64,000 nucleotides of DNA, taken from positions 9,285 to 73,284 of the forward strand of contig JADLAV010000026.1 of assembly GCA_020848075.1 (NCBI GenBank), written 5' to 3'. The DNA is from Burkholderiales bacterium. Lineage in GTDB: Bacteria > Pseudomonadota > Gammaproteobacteria > Burkholderiales > SG8-39. The notes under the pieces were generated by a model, which made no database searches, was not told where the DNA came from, and was given only the letters and a program-made list of their open reading frames with translations. Below, piece by piece: positions 30,517 through 39,681 of the stretch; position 1 is the stretch's first letter; each line of letters starts with the position of its first letter. The position numbers and the translations under genes are program-made.

Positions 30517-31128
30517 TCAGCCGCGCAGCTCGGCCACGAAGATCGCGATCCCCCGCAGCAGCATCTCGATCGCGAAAGCGGTGAGGATGAGGCCGAGCAG
30601 GCGCTCCACCGCGCCGAGCGCGCGTTCGCCGAGCTGGCGTGCGATGCGCTCGGCGAAGAGCAGCACGACGAGCGCGAGCACCATCGCCACCGCGAGCGCA
30701 GCGACCCACTCCGCGATGCGCTGCGGCGCATGCGACGCGAGGAGGATCACGGTGGCCATGGCGCCCGGGCCGGCGATGGCCGGAACCGCGAGCGGGAAGA
30801 TCAGGGGCTCGCCCGAGGGGACCGCGCCGAAGATCCCGTCGCCGCTCGGGAAGATCATCCGCAGCGCGATCAGAAACAGGATCACGCCACCCGCGATCCT
30901 GAGCGACGCGTCCGAGAGACCGAAGAGGCGCAACATGCCCTCGCCGGCGAACAGGAAGACGAGGAGCGCGCCGAGCGCGATCGCCCACTCCCGCGCGACC
31001 ACCCGCATGCGCCGCTCGGGCGCGACCTCGCGCAGCGCGGCCACGAACAGCGGAATGTTGCCGAACGGGTCGATCACCAGCAGCAGGATCACGACGACGG
31101 AGCCGAACGAGATGTCCATGGAAGGCAA
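30517..31128 (-). CDS. MarC-family (UPF0056) integral membrane protein
   Basis: 203 aa, 6 hydrophobic helices, N-terminal DPFGNIPLF motif. Confidence 0.8.
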   Translation of the reverse strand: MPSMDISFGSVVVILLLVIDPFGNIPLFVAALREVAPERRMRVVAREWAIALGALLVFLFAGEGMLRLFGLSDASLRIAGGVILFLIALRMIFPSGDGIFGAVPSGEPLIFPLAVPAIAGPGAMATVILLASHAPQRIAEWVAALAVAMVLALVVLLFAERIARQLGERALGAVERLLGLILTAFAIEMLLRGIAIFVAELRG

Positions 31129-31140
31129 TGGGCGGAGCGC

Positions 31141-32013
31141 TCAGCGCCGGCCGCGTGACGCGACGAAGGCGCCGCTCGCGACGATGATCCCCATGCCGAG
31201 GAGGGTCCAGCGGTCGGGGAAGTCGCCGAAGACGAGATAGCCCAGGATGAGCACCGACACGAGCTGGGCGTAGACGAACGGGGCGAGCACGGAGGCGGGC
31301 GCGTGCCCGAACGCGCGGATGAGGACGAAGTGCCCGACGCTGCCCAGGATGCCGAGCATCGCCAGCAGCAGGCCGTGGAAGAGGGACTGCGGCGCAAGCC
31401 AGTAGAACGGCACGACGAAGCTGAGCAGCATCGCGCCGACGAGCGCGCTGTAGAAGAGTGTGGCGAGGCTCGAGTCGATGCCTGCGAGCTGCCGCGTCAT
31501 CAGCTGATAGGTCGCAAAGCAGAACGCCGTGGCGAGCGGCAGCAGGGCGGCCGGCCTGAACACCTCGCCGCCCGGCCGGATGATGATGAGCACCCCGACG
31601 AACCCGGTGGCGACTGCGACCCACGTGGCCGGCGACACGCGCTCGCGCAGCAGCAGGACCGAGAACGCGGTGAGGAGGAGGGGCGCGAGATACGTGATCG
31701 CCGCCGCCTCCGCGATCGGCATCAGCGAGAGCGCGGAGAAGTAGATCAGCGTGGAGAGCGCGAGCACGGCGGCGCGCGTGACCTGCAGCCCCGGCCGGCG
31801 CGTGCGCACGAGGTCGAGCTTCATTCGCGGGCCGAGGACGACGAGCATGAAGAGCGCCTGGAAGCAGTAGCGGTACCACACGATTGCCGGGACCGGATAG
31901 GTCTGCGACAGGTACTTCGCCGTCGTGTCCATGATAGCGAAGATCGACACGGCCGTGACGATCAGCAGGATGCCGCGCAGATGGTGCTGCGGACCGGCGG
32001 ACAGCGGAGGCAT
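31141..32013 (-). CDS. EamA/DMT-superfamily transporter
   Basis: ATG at 32013 (MPPLSAG). Ten hydrophobic helices in two EamA-like halves. The upstream 169 codons of the ORF are Arg/Gly-rich noise. Confidence 0.85.
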   Translation of the reverse strand: MPPLSAGPQHHLRGILLIVTAVSIFAIMDTTAKYLSQTYPVPAIVWYRYCFQALFMLVVLGPRMKLDLVRTRRPGLQVTRAAVLALSTLIYFSALSLMPIAEAAAITYLAPLLLTAFSVLLLRERVSPATWVAVATGFVGVLIIIRPGGEVFRPAALLPLATAFCFATYQLMTRQLAGIDSSLATLFYSALVGAMLLSFVVPFYWLAPQSLFHGLLLAMLGILGSVGHFVLIRAFGHAPASVLAPFVYAQLVSVLILGYLVFGDFPDRWTLLGMGIIVASGAFVASRGRR

Positions 32014-32105
32014 TGGCGGCGGGGAGGGGCGGCGAATTATAGCCCACGCCGCTTGCCGCCCCGCCGCGCGGCGCGCAGCCGCACGTGCACCGGCGGCGGA
32101 CGCGC

Positions 32106-33323
32106 CTAGTGAACGCGGCGGGCCGCCGCCAGCATGCGGGCGTGGCTCGCGCCCGGCCGCAGCGCGCCGTCGATCCGCAGGAGCTCGTTCCAGCGCGCCG
32201 CGCTTGCGGCGTCGGCAACGGACCCGAGCTTGAGGATGCCGGCGCCCCAGCCGACTGCGAGATGCACGGCGGCGGCATCGTCGGTGCCGGAGGCGTCTGC
32301 CGCTACTGCCGTGTCCCATCCCGCGCGGCGCGCAGTGTCGAACGCGGTGAGCACCTCGCTCGCGGTGCCCGCCTGCTCGGGAGTCACGATGATCGCGCCG
32401 CGGAGGCGGCGCACCTGCCAATCGCCCGGTGAATCGGTCTCGCCGTCGCGTCCCGCGAGGGTGCCGACGCGCAGCAAGCTGCCGAATCCTGTCCGGGACG
32501 TGGACTCCGTTGTCGGACACTCGCCCGCCGCGAAGCGGTCCTCCAGCACGACGATCGGGAAGCGCTCGATCCAGCGCGCGAGGCGCTCGCCGCGGCGGCT
32601 CGTGCGGCCCGCGCCGCCGGCAGACCGGTCGGCCGGATCGACGCGCCCCGCCGTTCCGGGATTCAGCTCGGCTGCAATCGCGATTTCACCGCCCGGGACG
32701 AAACCGGCGCGCTCGATGGCTGCGGTCAGCAACTCGAGCCCGCGTTCGTCGTCCTGAAACAACGGCACACCGGCGTCGTTCGCGGCTCGGTGCGAGGGCG
32801 ATTCGCGGAGCGCCGCAGAGTGAATTGCCGCGCACGCGTCCAACGCTTCCTCTGCGCTGATCGCGGTGAGCGGAAGCACCGACAGTTGTCCGAGCTCGGT
32901 TGCCGGCGCGCCGCTTGCGAGGACGGTCGCCACGACGAGCGGCATTCGGCCGGTGTCGGGCTGCAGGTAGCGGTAGAGCGGCTGGCCCGCGGCCTCGGCT
33001 GCAGCGCGCAGGGCGCCGATCGAGCAGGCTGCGAGGACCTCTGCGCCGACGCGCGTCGGCGAGTACGTGTTGAGCCGCGTCAGGCTCGCGTCGACGTCAT
33101 CGTGACGCCGCGCGTCCAGGCCGTGCAGCGCTGCGTCGACGACCGACGCGATCTCGTGAACGCCGGCGTGCGCGGTGCGCCCCCGCCCCGCCGCGACCGG
33201 GGCGACCGCGCGGCCGGAGGCGCCGCCGCGCAGATGGATCTCGGCTTCCAGCGCGGGTGTACCGCCGACCGCCAGGGCGCGGCGTCCGGTCACGCGGGCG
33301 ATTGTCGTATCCGCCACGATCAC
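32106..33323 (-). CDS. Enolase-superfamily (enolase-like) protein with most catalytic residues substituted
   Basis: Colinear with enolase across the whole protein. Block 1: TPALEAEIHLRGGASGRAVAP vs [21 protein letters not shown]. Block 2: GAEVLAACSIGALRAAAEAAGQPLYRYL vs [28 protein letters not shown]. Block 3: FPIVVLEDRF vs YPIVSIEDGL. Block 4: ARWNELLRIDGAL vs AKYNQLLRIEEAL. GTG at 33323 is chosen by homology; ATG 33401 is the alternative. Confidence 0.7.
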   Translation of the reverse strand: MIVADTTIARVTGRRALAVGGTPALEAEIHLRGGASGRAVAPVAAGRGRTAHAGVHEIASVVDAALHGLDARRHDDVDASLTRLNTYSPTRVGAEVLAACSIGALRAAAEAAGQPLYRYLQPDTGRMPLVVATVLASGAPATELGQLSVLPLTAISAEEALDACAAIHSAALRESPSHRAANDAGVPLFQDDERGLELLTAAIERAGFVPGGEIAIAAELNPGTAGRVDPADRSAGGAGRTSRRGERLARWIERFPIVVLEDRFAAGECPTTESTSRTGFGSLLRVGTLAGRDGETDSPGDWQVRRLRGAIIVTPEQAGTASEVLTAFDTARRAGWDTAVAADASGTDDAAAVHLAVGWGAGILKLGSVADAASAARWNELLRIDGALRPGASHARMLAAARRVH

Positions 33324-33518
33324 GCCATCTGGCCGACGCCAGCGGGGATTGCGCGCGGCACGCGCAGCGGCGCGCGCTGGTCGGCCTTTCCTCTTGCACA
33401 CTCGGCGTACCGCACTTTCGGATCCCGGATGCTGTCTGCCCGCTCTTCTGCGGAGCGAGAACCGCGCCAGCCGAGCGGGGCGCGCGTGAATTGGCTCACG
33501 CGCGCATGCCGAGGAGGG

Positions 33519-35021
33519 TCAACCCTCCGGGCGCATGTGCGGAAAGAGGATCACGTCCCGGATGCTCTGGCTGCCGGTGAGGAGCATCACCAGGCGGTCG
33601 ATGCCGATGCCTTCGCCGGCGGTCGGGGGAAGGCCGTGCTCGAGCGCGCGTACGTAGTCCGCATCCTTGTACATCGCCTCTTCGTCCCCGGCCGCGCGTG
33701 CCCGGGCCTGCTCCTCGAAGCGCGCGGCCTGGTCCTCCGGGTCGTTCAGCTCGGAGAAGCCGTTGGCGATCTCGCGCCCGGCGATGTAGAGCTCGAAGCG
33801 GTCGGTGAGGTCGGGATTCGCGTCGTTGCGGCGGGCGAGCGGCGAAACCTCCGCCGGATAGTCCACGATGTACGTGGGCTGGATCAGCATCTGCTCGGTG
33901 GTCTCCTCGAAGAGCTGCAGCTGGAGCGTGCCGACGCCCGCGCGCGCGGCCGGCTCGGCGCCGGTCTTGCGGATCTCGGCCGCAAGCAGTTCGCGCGACT
34001 GCAGGTCGGCGACGGAGAAGTGGGGATGGAACCTGCGGATCGCCTCGACGATCGACAGGCGGGGGAAGGATTGCGCGAGGTCGATGACGCTCTCGGCGTA
34101 CGGCACCTGCAGCGTGCCGAGGACCTTCTGCGCCACGGTGCGCAGCAGCTCCTCGGTGAAGTCCATGAGGTACCGGTAGTCGCGGTAAGCCTCGTAGAAT
34201 TCGAGCATCGTGAACTCGGGGTTGTGGCGCGTCGAGATGCCCTCGTTCCGGAAGCTGCGGTTGATCTCGAACACCTTCTCGAACCCGCCGACCACCAGCC
34301 GCTTCAGGTACAGCTCCGGCGCGATGCGCAGGTAGAGCTGCATGTCGAGCGCGTTGTGGTGGGTGACGAACGGCCGCGCCGCGGCGCCGCCCGGGATCGG
34401 CTGCATCATCGGCGTCTCCACCTCGAGGAAGCCGCGCTCCACCATGAACGCGCGGATCTCCTGGATGATGCGGCTGCGCAGCGCGAAGGTCCGGCGCGTC
34501 TCCTCGCTGGTGATGAGGTCGACGTAGCGGAGCCGGTACCGGCTCTCCTGGTCAGTGAGGCCGTGAAACTTCTCCGGCAGCGGCCGGAGCGCCTTGGCGA
34601 GCAGCCGCACCTCGGAGGCGTTCACGGTGAGCTCCCCGGTGCGCGTCTTGAAGAGCGTCCCGCGCACGCCGAGGATGTCGCCCAAGTCCCAGTGCTTGAA
34701 CGCCTCGTGCGCCTGCGCCCCGGTTGTGTCGTTCGAGACGTATATCTGGATCCGGCCGCTCATGTCCTGCAGCGTGGCGAAACTCGCCTTGCCCATGACC
34801 CGCTTCAGCATCATGCGGCCGGCCACGGCGACCCGGATCGCGTGCCCCTCGAGCGCCTCCTTGGCCGATTCGCCGTAGGCGCGGTGGAGATCCCCGGCGA
34901 AGTGCTCGCGTCCGAAGTCGTTCGGAAAGGGATTGCCGGCCGCGCGCAGCGCCGCGAGCTTCGCGCGGCGCTCGGCGATGATCTGGTTCTCGTCCTGCGC
35001 CGGCCTCGGGTCGTCGGCCAT
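33519..35021 (-). CDS. lysS: Lysine--tRNA ligase (class II)
   Basis: Full-length match to LysS motifs ([41 protein letters not shown]). Confidence 0.97.
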   Translation of the reverse strand: MADDPRPAQDENQIIAERRAKLAALRAAGNPFPNDFGREHFAGDLHRAYGESAKEALEGHAIRVAVAGRMMLKRVMGKASFATLQDMSGRIQIYVSNDTTGAQAHEAFKHWDLGDILGVRGTLFKTRTGELTVNASEVRLLAKALRPLPEKFHGLTDQESRYRLRYVDLITSEETRRTFALRSRIIQEIRAFMVERGFLEVETPMMQPIPGGAAARPFVTHHNALDMQLYLRIAPELYLKRLVVGGFEKVFEINRSFRNEGISTRHNPEFTMLEFYEAYRDYRYLMDFTEELLRTVAQKVLGTLQVPYAESVIDLAQSFPRLSIVEAIRRFHPHFSVADLQSRELLAAEIRKTGAEPAARAGVGTLQLQLFEETTEQMLIQPTYIVDYPAEVSPLARRNDANPDLTDRFELYIAGREIANGFSELNDPEDQAARFEEQARARAAGDEEAMYKDADYVRALEHGLPPTAGEGIGIDRLVMLLTGSQSIRDVILFPHMRPEG

Positions 35022-35024
35022 CGG

Positions 35025-36162
35025 CTACTCCGCGGCCGCCTTCTCGGGCATGCCGGCGCCGACGCCCCGCTTCAGGCTCGCGGTGATGAACGCGTCGAGC
35101 TCGCCGTCCAGCACCGCCTGGGTATTGCCGATCTCGACGCCGGTCCTGAGATCCTTGATGCGCGACTGGTCGAGCACGTAGGAACGGATCTGGTGGCCCC
35201 AGCCGATCTCGGTCTTGGCGTCCTCGAGCGCCTGCTTCGCCTCGAGGCGCTTGCGCATCTCGCGCTCGTAGAGCTTCGACTTCAGCATCGCCATGGCCTC
35301 CGCGCGATTGCGGTGCTGGGACCGGTCGTTCTGGCACTGCACGACGATGCCGGTCGGCACGTGGGTGATGCGCACGGCCGAGTCGGTGCGGTTCACGTGC
35401 TGGCCGCCGGCGCCGGACGCGCGATACGTATCGATCCGGAGATCCGCCGGATTGATCTCGATCTCGATCGACTCGTCCACCTCGGGAAAGACGAAGACGC
35501 TCGCGAAGGACGTGTGGCGGCGGGCGTTCGAGTCGAAGGGCGACTTGCGCACGAGGCGGTGGATGCCGGTCTCGGTGCGCAGGTGCCCGTAGGCGTATTC
35601 GCCGGCGACCTTGACCGAAGCGCTCTTGATGCCGGCGACCTCGCCTTCGGACGCCTCCAGAACCTCGACCCGGTAGCCCTTGCGCTCGCAGTACCGGGTG
35701 TACATGCGCAGCAGCATCTGCGCCCAGTCCTGCGCCTCGGTGCCGCCCGAACCGGCCTGGATATCGATGAAGCAGTTGTTCGGGTCCATCGGGTCGGAGA
35801 ACATGCGCTGGAACTCCATGTTCTCCACCGTGGCGCCGATCGCCCCGACGTCGCGCTCGATCGAGAGCAGGGTCGCTTCGTCGTTCTCGGCGCGCGCGAG
35901 CTGGAAGAGCTCGTCCGCATCGCGCAGGTCGTTGCCGAGCGTGGAGAGCCGGGCGACGGTCCCGTCCAGGGCTTTCTTCTCGCGCCCGAGCTCCTGGGCG
36001 CGCTTCGCGTCCGCCCACACGCCGGGGTCTTCCAGCGCCCGGGTGACCTCCGCTAGTCGCCCTTGCTTCGCGGCGAAGTCAAAGATACCTCCGCAGCTCG
36101 GCCTCGCGGGCGGCGAGGTCGGCCAGCGCGTGCGCGACCGCGTTCAGGCGTTCGGCTTCCAT
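35025..36162 (-). CDS. prfB: Peptide chain release factor 2, requiring a programmed +1 frameshift
   Basis: ATG at 36162 opens 27 codons ([27 protein letters not shown]) ending in TGA. The +1 frame continues [29 protein letters not shown]... into the 35025..36020 ORF, which carries SPF and GGQ ([11 protein letters not shown]). Confidence 0.95.
36078..36090 (-). promoter_or_regulatory. RF2 autoregulatory +1 frameshift site
   Basis: The minus strand reads AGG TAT CTT TGA C (preceded by CGG, so GGAGG lies just upstream). This is the same CUU UGA C slippery/stop context with an internal SD as in E. coli prfB. Confidence 0.9.
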
Positions 36163-36299
36163 TCGTTCGGCCTTGATCGAAAACGTAAATTATACCGGAG
36201 GCGAGTACCGAGGCGAACCTGGCGGGCAGGCCTGGCGACGAGGCGCGGACCGATCCGCGCTCCGGCCTTATCATTGCGCACTCGCGGACTCACCGACAC

Positions 36300-36812
36300 A
36301 TGGCCGACGACAGACTGATGCTTGCCGAGCGCAGCGGCCGGTTCTTCACGCTGGTCTTCCTGGGCTGCCTGGGGATCCTGGGCTTCGCGCTGTACCTGCA
36401 GCATGCCGAGGGGCTCTATCCCTGCCCGCTGTGCATCGTGCAGCGGCTGGGATTCATTGGCGTCGGGCTGATCGCGCTCGTCGCGGCGCTGCACCGGCCG
36501 GGGCCCAGGATGACCGTCTTCTACGCGGCGCTCGGCGCCGCGACCGCGGCGGCCGGCGCCGTGTCCGCGGGCTACCACGTGTACCTGCAGCTCGATCCGG
36601 AGCGCCTGGCGAGCTGCGTCGGCTCGCCCGTCGAGCGCTTCCTGGACCGGACCGACATCGGAAGCTGGGCGCCGCCGCTCCTGCAGTACGACGGCCCGTG
36701 CACGCTCAAGCCTTGGTCCCTCCTCGGCCTCTCGATTCCCGAGTGGTCGCTCGTGCTGTTCATTGCGCTCGCCGTGCTGCTCGCGTTCGCACCGCGGCTC
36801 GTGCGCAAGTAG
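36300..36812 (+). CDS. dsbB: Disulfide bond formation protein B
   Basis: Four TM helices, first periplasmic loop YPCPLCIVQR (CxxC), second Cys pair in loop 2. Confidence 0.9.
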   Translation: MADDRLMLAERSGRFFTLVFLGCLGILGFALYLQHAEGLYPCPLCIVQRLGFIGVGLIALVAALHRPGPRMTVFYAALGAATAAAGAVSAGYHVYLQLDPERLASCVGSPVERFLDRTDIGSWAPPLLQYDGPCTLKPWSLLGLSIPEWSLVLFIALAVLLAFAPRLVRK

Positions 36813-37058
36813 CGAGCCCCGCCCTCGCCGGCGTCGCGGTTGTAAAGCGCGCGCGCGAGCGAAATGCGCAGCAGCTCACATCCGAGCGCGGCGTTGCACC
36901 GGCGCGTGGCGGTGCGTTGTAAACAATTGTGAATTTCGCGGCGCGGCGGTTGAACGCGGCGCCGCGATTGTCGAGAATTCGGGCGACTTCATCGATCGCA
37001 GCCTCGCACCGGGGCACCGCGGTCAGATGCGCCGATTCGTTCCCGCCCCCCGGGAACC

Positions 37059-37085
37059 AAGCCGCCCTCGGGCGGCTTTTCTTTC
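37059..37085 (+). terminator. Intrinsic terminator, plus-strand orientation, about 250 nt after dsbB
   Basis: AAGCCGCC-ctcg-GGCGGCTT followed by TTCTTTC. It is immediately preceded by a second hairpin, GTTCCCG-ccccc-CGGGAAC (37039-37057). Confidence 0.5.
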
Positions 37086-37120
37086 GGTAGTCCCTGCCTG
37101 GCAGCCGTGCACGCGGCACG

Positions 37121-38194
37121 TCACGCGAGCGCGGGGGTCTCGCTCGCAGTCTCGGCGATCAGCGCGGCGGCGGCGCGGCCGATGGCCTCGGGCGCGAGGC
37201 TCGCGACGCCGAGCACGCGCGCCTCGGCGAGGCGCGGAAAGTTCTTCGCGGTCGAGCGGCGGTAGGCGGGATCGTAGTGGTTCGCGAGGAGATCGCCGAC
37301 CAGCTCTTCCCATGCGGCGCGATCGACGAGCGCCTGCCACCGCGCGACCGTGTCGTTGCCGTAGAGCCCGGCGAGGCAGTCGAGCTGCGTCTTGAGCGCG
37401 ACCGGATCGGCGAGAAAGTGCCCGTACTCGGCGAGCAGAAAACGCACCCGCTCGGGCGCCGGCGCCTCGACCCGCACGCATTCGGCAGCACGCATGCGCT
37501 GGATCAGGCCGTCGGGTACCTGCAGCTGACCGATCTTCTTGCTCTCCGCCTCGACGAACACCGGCCGGCCGTCGTCGAGCCGCCGCAGCGCGTTCCACAG
37601 GCGCGTCTCGAACATCTTCTGCGCGGGCTGCGGCTCGCCCGGCAGCTGCCCGAGCACCGAGCCGCGATGGCGCGCGAGCCCCTCGAGATCCAGCGTCTGC
37701 GCGCCGGCCGCGGCGAGGGCTTGCAGCAGCCGGCTCTTGGCGCTGCCGGTCTCCCCGCAGAGCACGATGTACCGGTAGGTCGCGGGAAGCGTCTCTAGGT
37801 TCGCCACCACCTCGCGGCGGTACGCTTTGTATCCGCCCTGCAGCTGCGCCGCCTGCCAGCCGACCTCGCGCAGCACGTGCACCATCGCCTCGGAGCGCTT
37901 GCCGCCGCGCCAGCAGTACACGAGCGGGCGCCAGGACCGCTCCTTGGCGGCGAAGCCCTCCTCGAGATGCCGGGCGATGTTGCGGGCGACGAGCGCGGCG
38001 CCGCGCCGCTTCGACGCGAACGGCGAGACCCGCTTGTACAAGGTGCCGATCTCGGCCCGCTCGGCGTCATCGAGGACGGGATGATTGCGCGCGCCGGGCA
38101 CGTGGTCCTCGGCGTACTCCGCGGGCGAGCGGACGTCGATCACCTCGTCGAAGTGGTCGAGCTGGGCGACGCTCGCGGTATCGGGAAACTTCAC
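37121..38194 (-). CDS. selU: tRNA 2-selenouridine synthase (SelU/MnmH)
   Basis: GTG start. Rhodanese region VYCWRGGKRS, P-loop LCGETGSAKSRL, LDLEGLARHRGS, and NHYDPAYRRS match E. coli YbbB/SelU. Confidence 0.9.
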   Translation of the reverse strand: MKFPDTASVAQLDHFDEVIDVRSPAEYAEDHVPGARNHPVLDDAERAEIGTLYKRVSPFASKRRGAALVARNIARHLEEGFAAKERSWRPLVYCWRGGKRSEAMVHVLREVGWQAAQLQGGYKAYRREVVANLETLPATYRYIVLCGETGSAKSRLLQALAAAGAQTLDLEGLARHRGSVLGQLPGEPQPAQKMFETRLWNALRRLDDGRPVFVEAESKKIGQLQVPDGLIQRMRAAECVRVEAPAPERVRFLLAEYGHFLADPVALKTQLDCLAGLYGNDTVARWQALVDRAAWEELVGDLLANHYDPAYRRSTAKNFPRLAEARVLGVASLAPEAIGRAAAALIAETASETPALA

Positions 38195-38287
38195 TTCGGT
38201 GCGACTCCATGCTGCGCCGCCGGCGCTCTGCGCGCGCCGGCGACCGATTTCGAATTCTACACGCGGCTCTCTGCGCGACCGGCGGGC

Positions 38288-38908
38288 TCAGCGCGCGCCG
38301 GAGCTCGCGTCCAGCATCGGCGCGAGGCCCTTCCAGACGGTGTCGAGGATGATGGGCTGCGCGGCGGCGGTCGGGTGGAGATTGTCCGCCTGGAAGTAGT
38401 CGGGATTGCCCGCGACGCGGTCGAGGAGGAAGGGCACCAGCGGGATGCGATCGGCCTTCGCAACCTCGACGAACGCAGCGTGGAATTCCTCGGTGTACTT
38501 GCGCCCGTAGTTTGGCGGCATCCGGTTGCCGACCAACAGCACGCGGCTGCCGGCCGCCTTGGCCGTGCGCACGATGCGCGAGAGGTTCGCCTTCATCTGC
38601 GCGACCGGCAGTCCGCGCAGCCCGTCGTTGGAACCGAGCGCGAGGATCACGATCGAAGGTTGGGTGCGGCGCACGGCCTCGGCGATGCGGGCCGCGCCGC
38701 CGCTCGACGTCTCGCCGCTGATGCTGGCATTGACGACGGTATAATCGCGCTTTTCCTGCCGCAGCCGCTCCTCGAGGAGCGTCACCCAGCCCTGCCGCGC
38801 GCCGATCCCGTATGCGGCCGAGAGGCTGTCGCCGAAGACCAGGATGGTGCCGGCCGCGGCTGCCGGGCACCACGCGAAGAGAACCACGAGCAGAAGTCGC
38901 TTGAGCAT
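38288..38908 (-). CDS. tesA: SGNH/GDSL arylesterase / acyl-CoA thioesterase I (TesA-like), exported
   Basis: Signal peptide, then ILVFGDSLSAAYG, NASISGETS, GSNDGLRG, and DNLHPT (the catalytic His block). Confidence 0.9.
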   Translation of the reverse strand: MLKRLLLVVLFAWCPAAAAGTILVFGDSLSAAYGIGARQGWVTLLEERLRQEKRDYTVVNASISGETSSGGAARIAEAVRRTQPSIVILALGSNDGLRGLPVAQMKANLSRIVRTAKAAGSRVLLVGNRMPPNYGRKYTEEFHAAFVEVAKADRIPLVPFLLDRVAGNPDYFQADNLHPTAAAQPIILDTVWKGLAPMLDASSGAR

Positions 38909-39602
38909 GTCTCAGTCGTCCGCCGCGCCGATCGTCAAGGCGACGGCCCTATCGAAGGTCGTGCCGAGCGGCGCGTCCACCCTCGCGATTCTGCAGGATA
39001 TCGATCTCGCGGTCATGCCGGGCGAGGCGGTCGCCGTGGTGGGAGCCTCGGGCTCGGGCAAGTCGACGCTGCTCGGCCTGCTCGCCGGCCTCGACACGCC
39101 CACGAGCGGCGCGGTCGAGCTTGCGGGCACCGCGCTCTTCGCGCTCGACGAGGACGGGCGCGCGGCGCTGCGCGCGAAGCTCCTCGGCTTCGTGTTCCAG
39201 TCGTTCCAGCTGCTGCCCGCGCTGAACGCGCTCGAGAACGTGATGCTGCCGCTCGAGCTCGCCGGCCGCACGGATGCGGAGCCGGCAGCGATCGCCATGC
39301 TCGAGCGCGTCGGGCTCCGCGATCGGCTCACGCACTATCCGAAGACCCTCTCGGGCGGCGAGCAGCAGCGCGTCGCCCTCGCGCGCGCGTTCGTCGTCCG
39401 CCCGCGGCTCCTGCTCGCCGACGAGCCCACCGGCAACCTCGACGCGGCAACCGGGGCGGCCGTCATCGATCTGCTGTTCGAGCTGAATGCCGAGCAGGGC
39501 ACCACGCTGCTGCTGGTGACCCACGACGAGATGCTGGCCGGCCGCTGCGGGCGCTCGATCCGCCTCGCCGGCGGGCGTATCGTGAACGGAGCGGGCGCGT
39601 GA
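38907..39602 (+). CDS. ybbA: ABC transporter ATP-binding protein YbbA-type
   Basis: [38 protein letters not shown]. The ATG overlaps the tesA start codon on the other strand (CATG). Confidence 0.9.
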   Translation: MSQSSAAPIVKATALSKVVPSGASTLAILQDIDLAVMPGEAVAVVGASGSGKSTLLGLLAGLDTPTSGAVELAGTALFALDEDGRAALRAKLLGFVFQSFQLLPALNALENVMLPLELAGRTDAEPAAIAMLERVGLRDRLTHYPKTLSGGEQQRVALARAFVVRPRLLLADEPTGNLDAATGAAVIDLLFELNAEQGTTLLLVTHDEMLAGRCGRSIRLAGGRIVNGAGA

Positions 39603-39681
39603 GACACCCTGGATCAAGCCCTGGCGGCGATGCGCACGGATCGAGCGCGCGCTGCGGCGGCTGCCGCCGGGGCTGACCGCG

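Noticed and set aside
36860-37000. Small ORFs in the dsbB-selU spacer: a 22-aa plus-strand ORF (MRSSSHPSAALHRRVAVRCKQL) and a roughly 38-aa minus-strand ORF.
   Set aside because: They have no ribosome-binding site, an implausible composition, and no membrane or secretion signal. The region is better explained by RNA structure.
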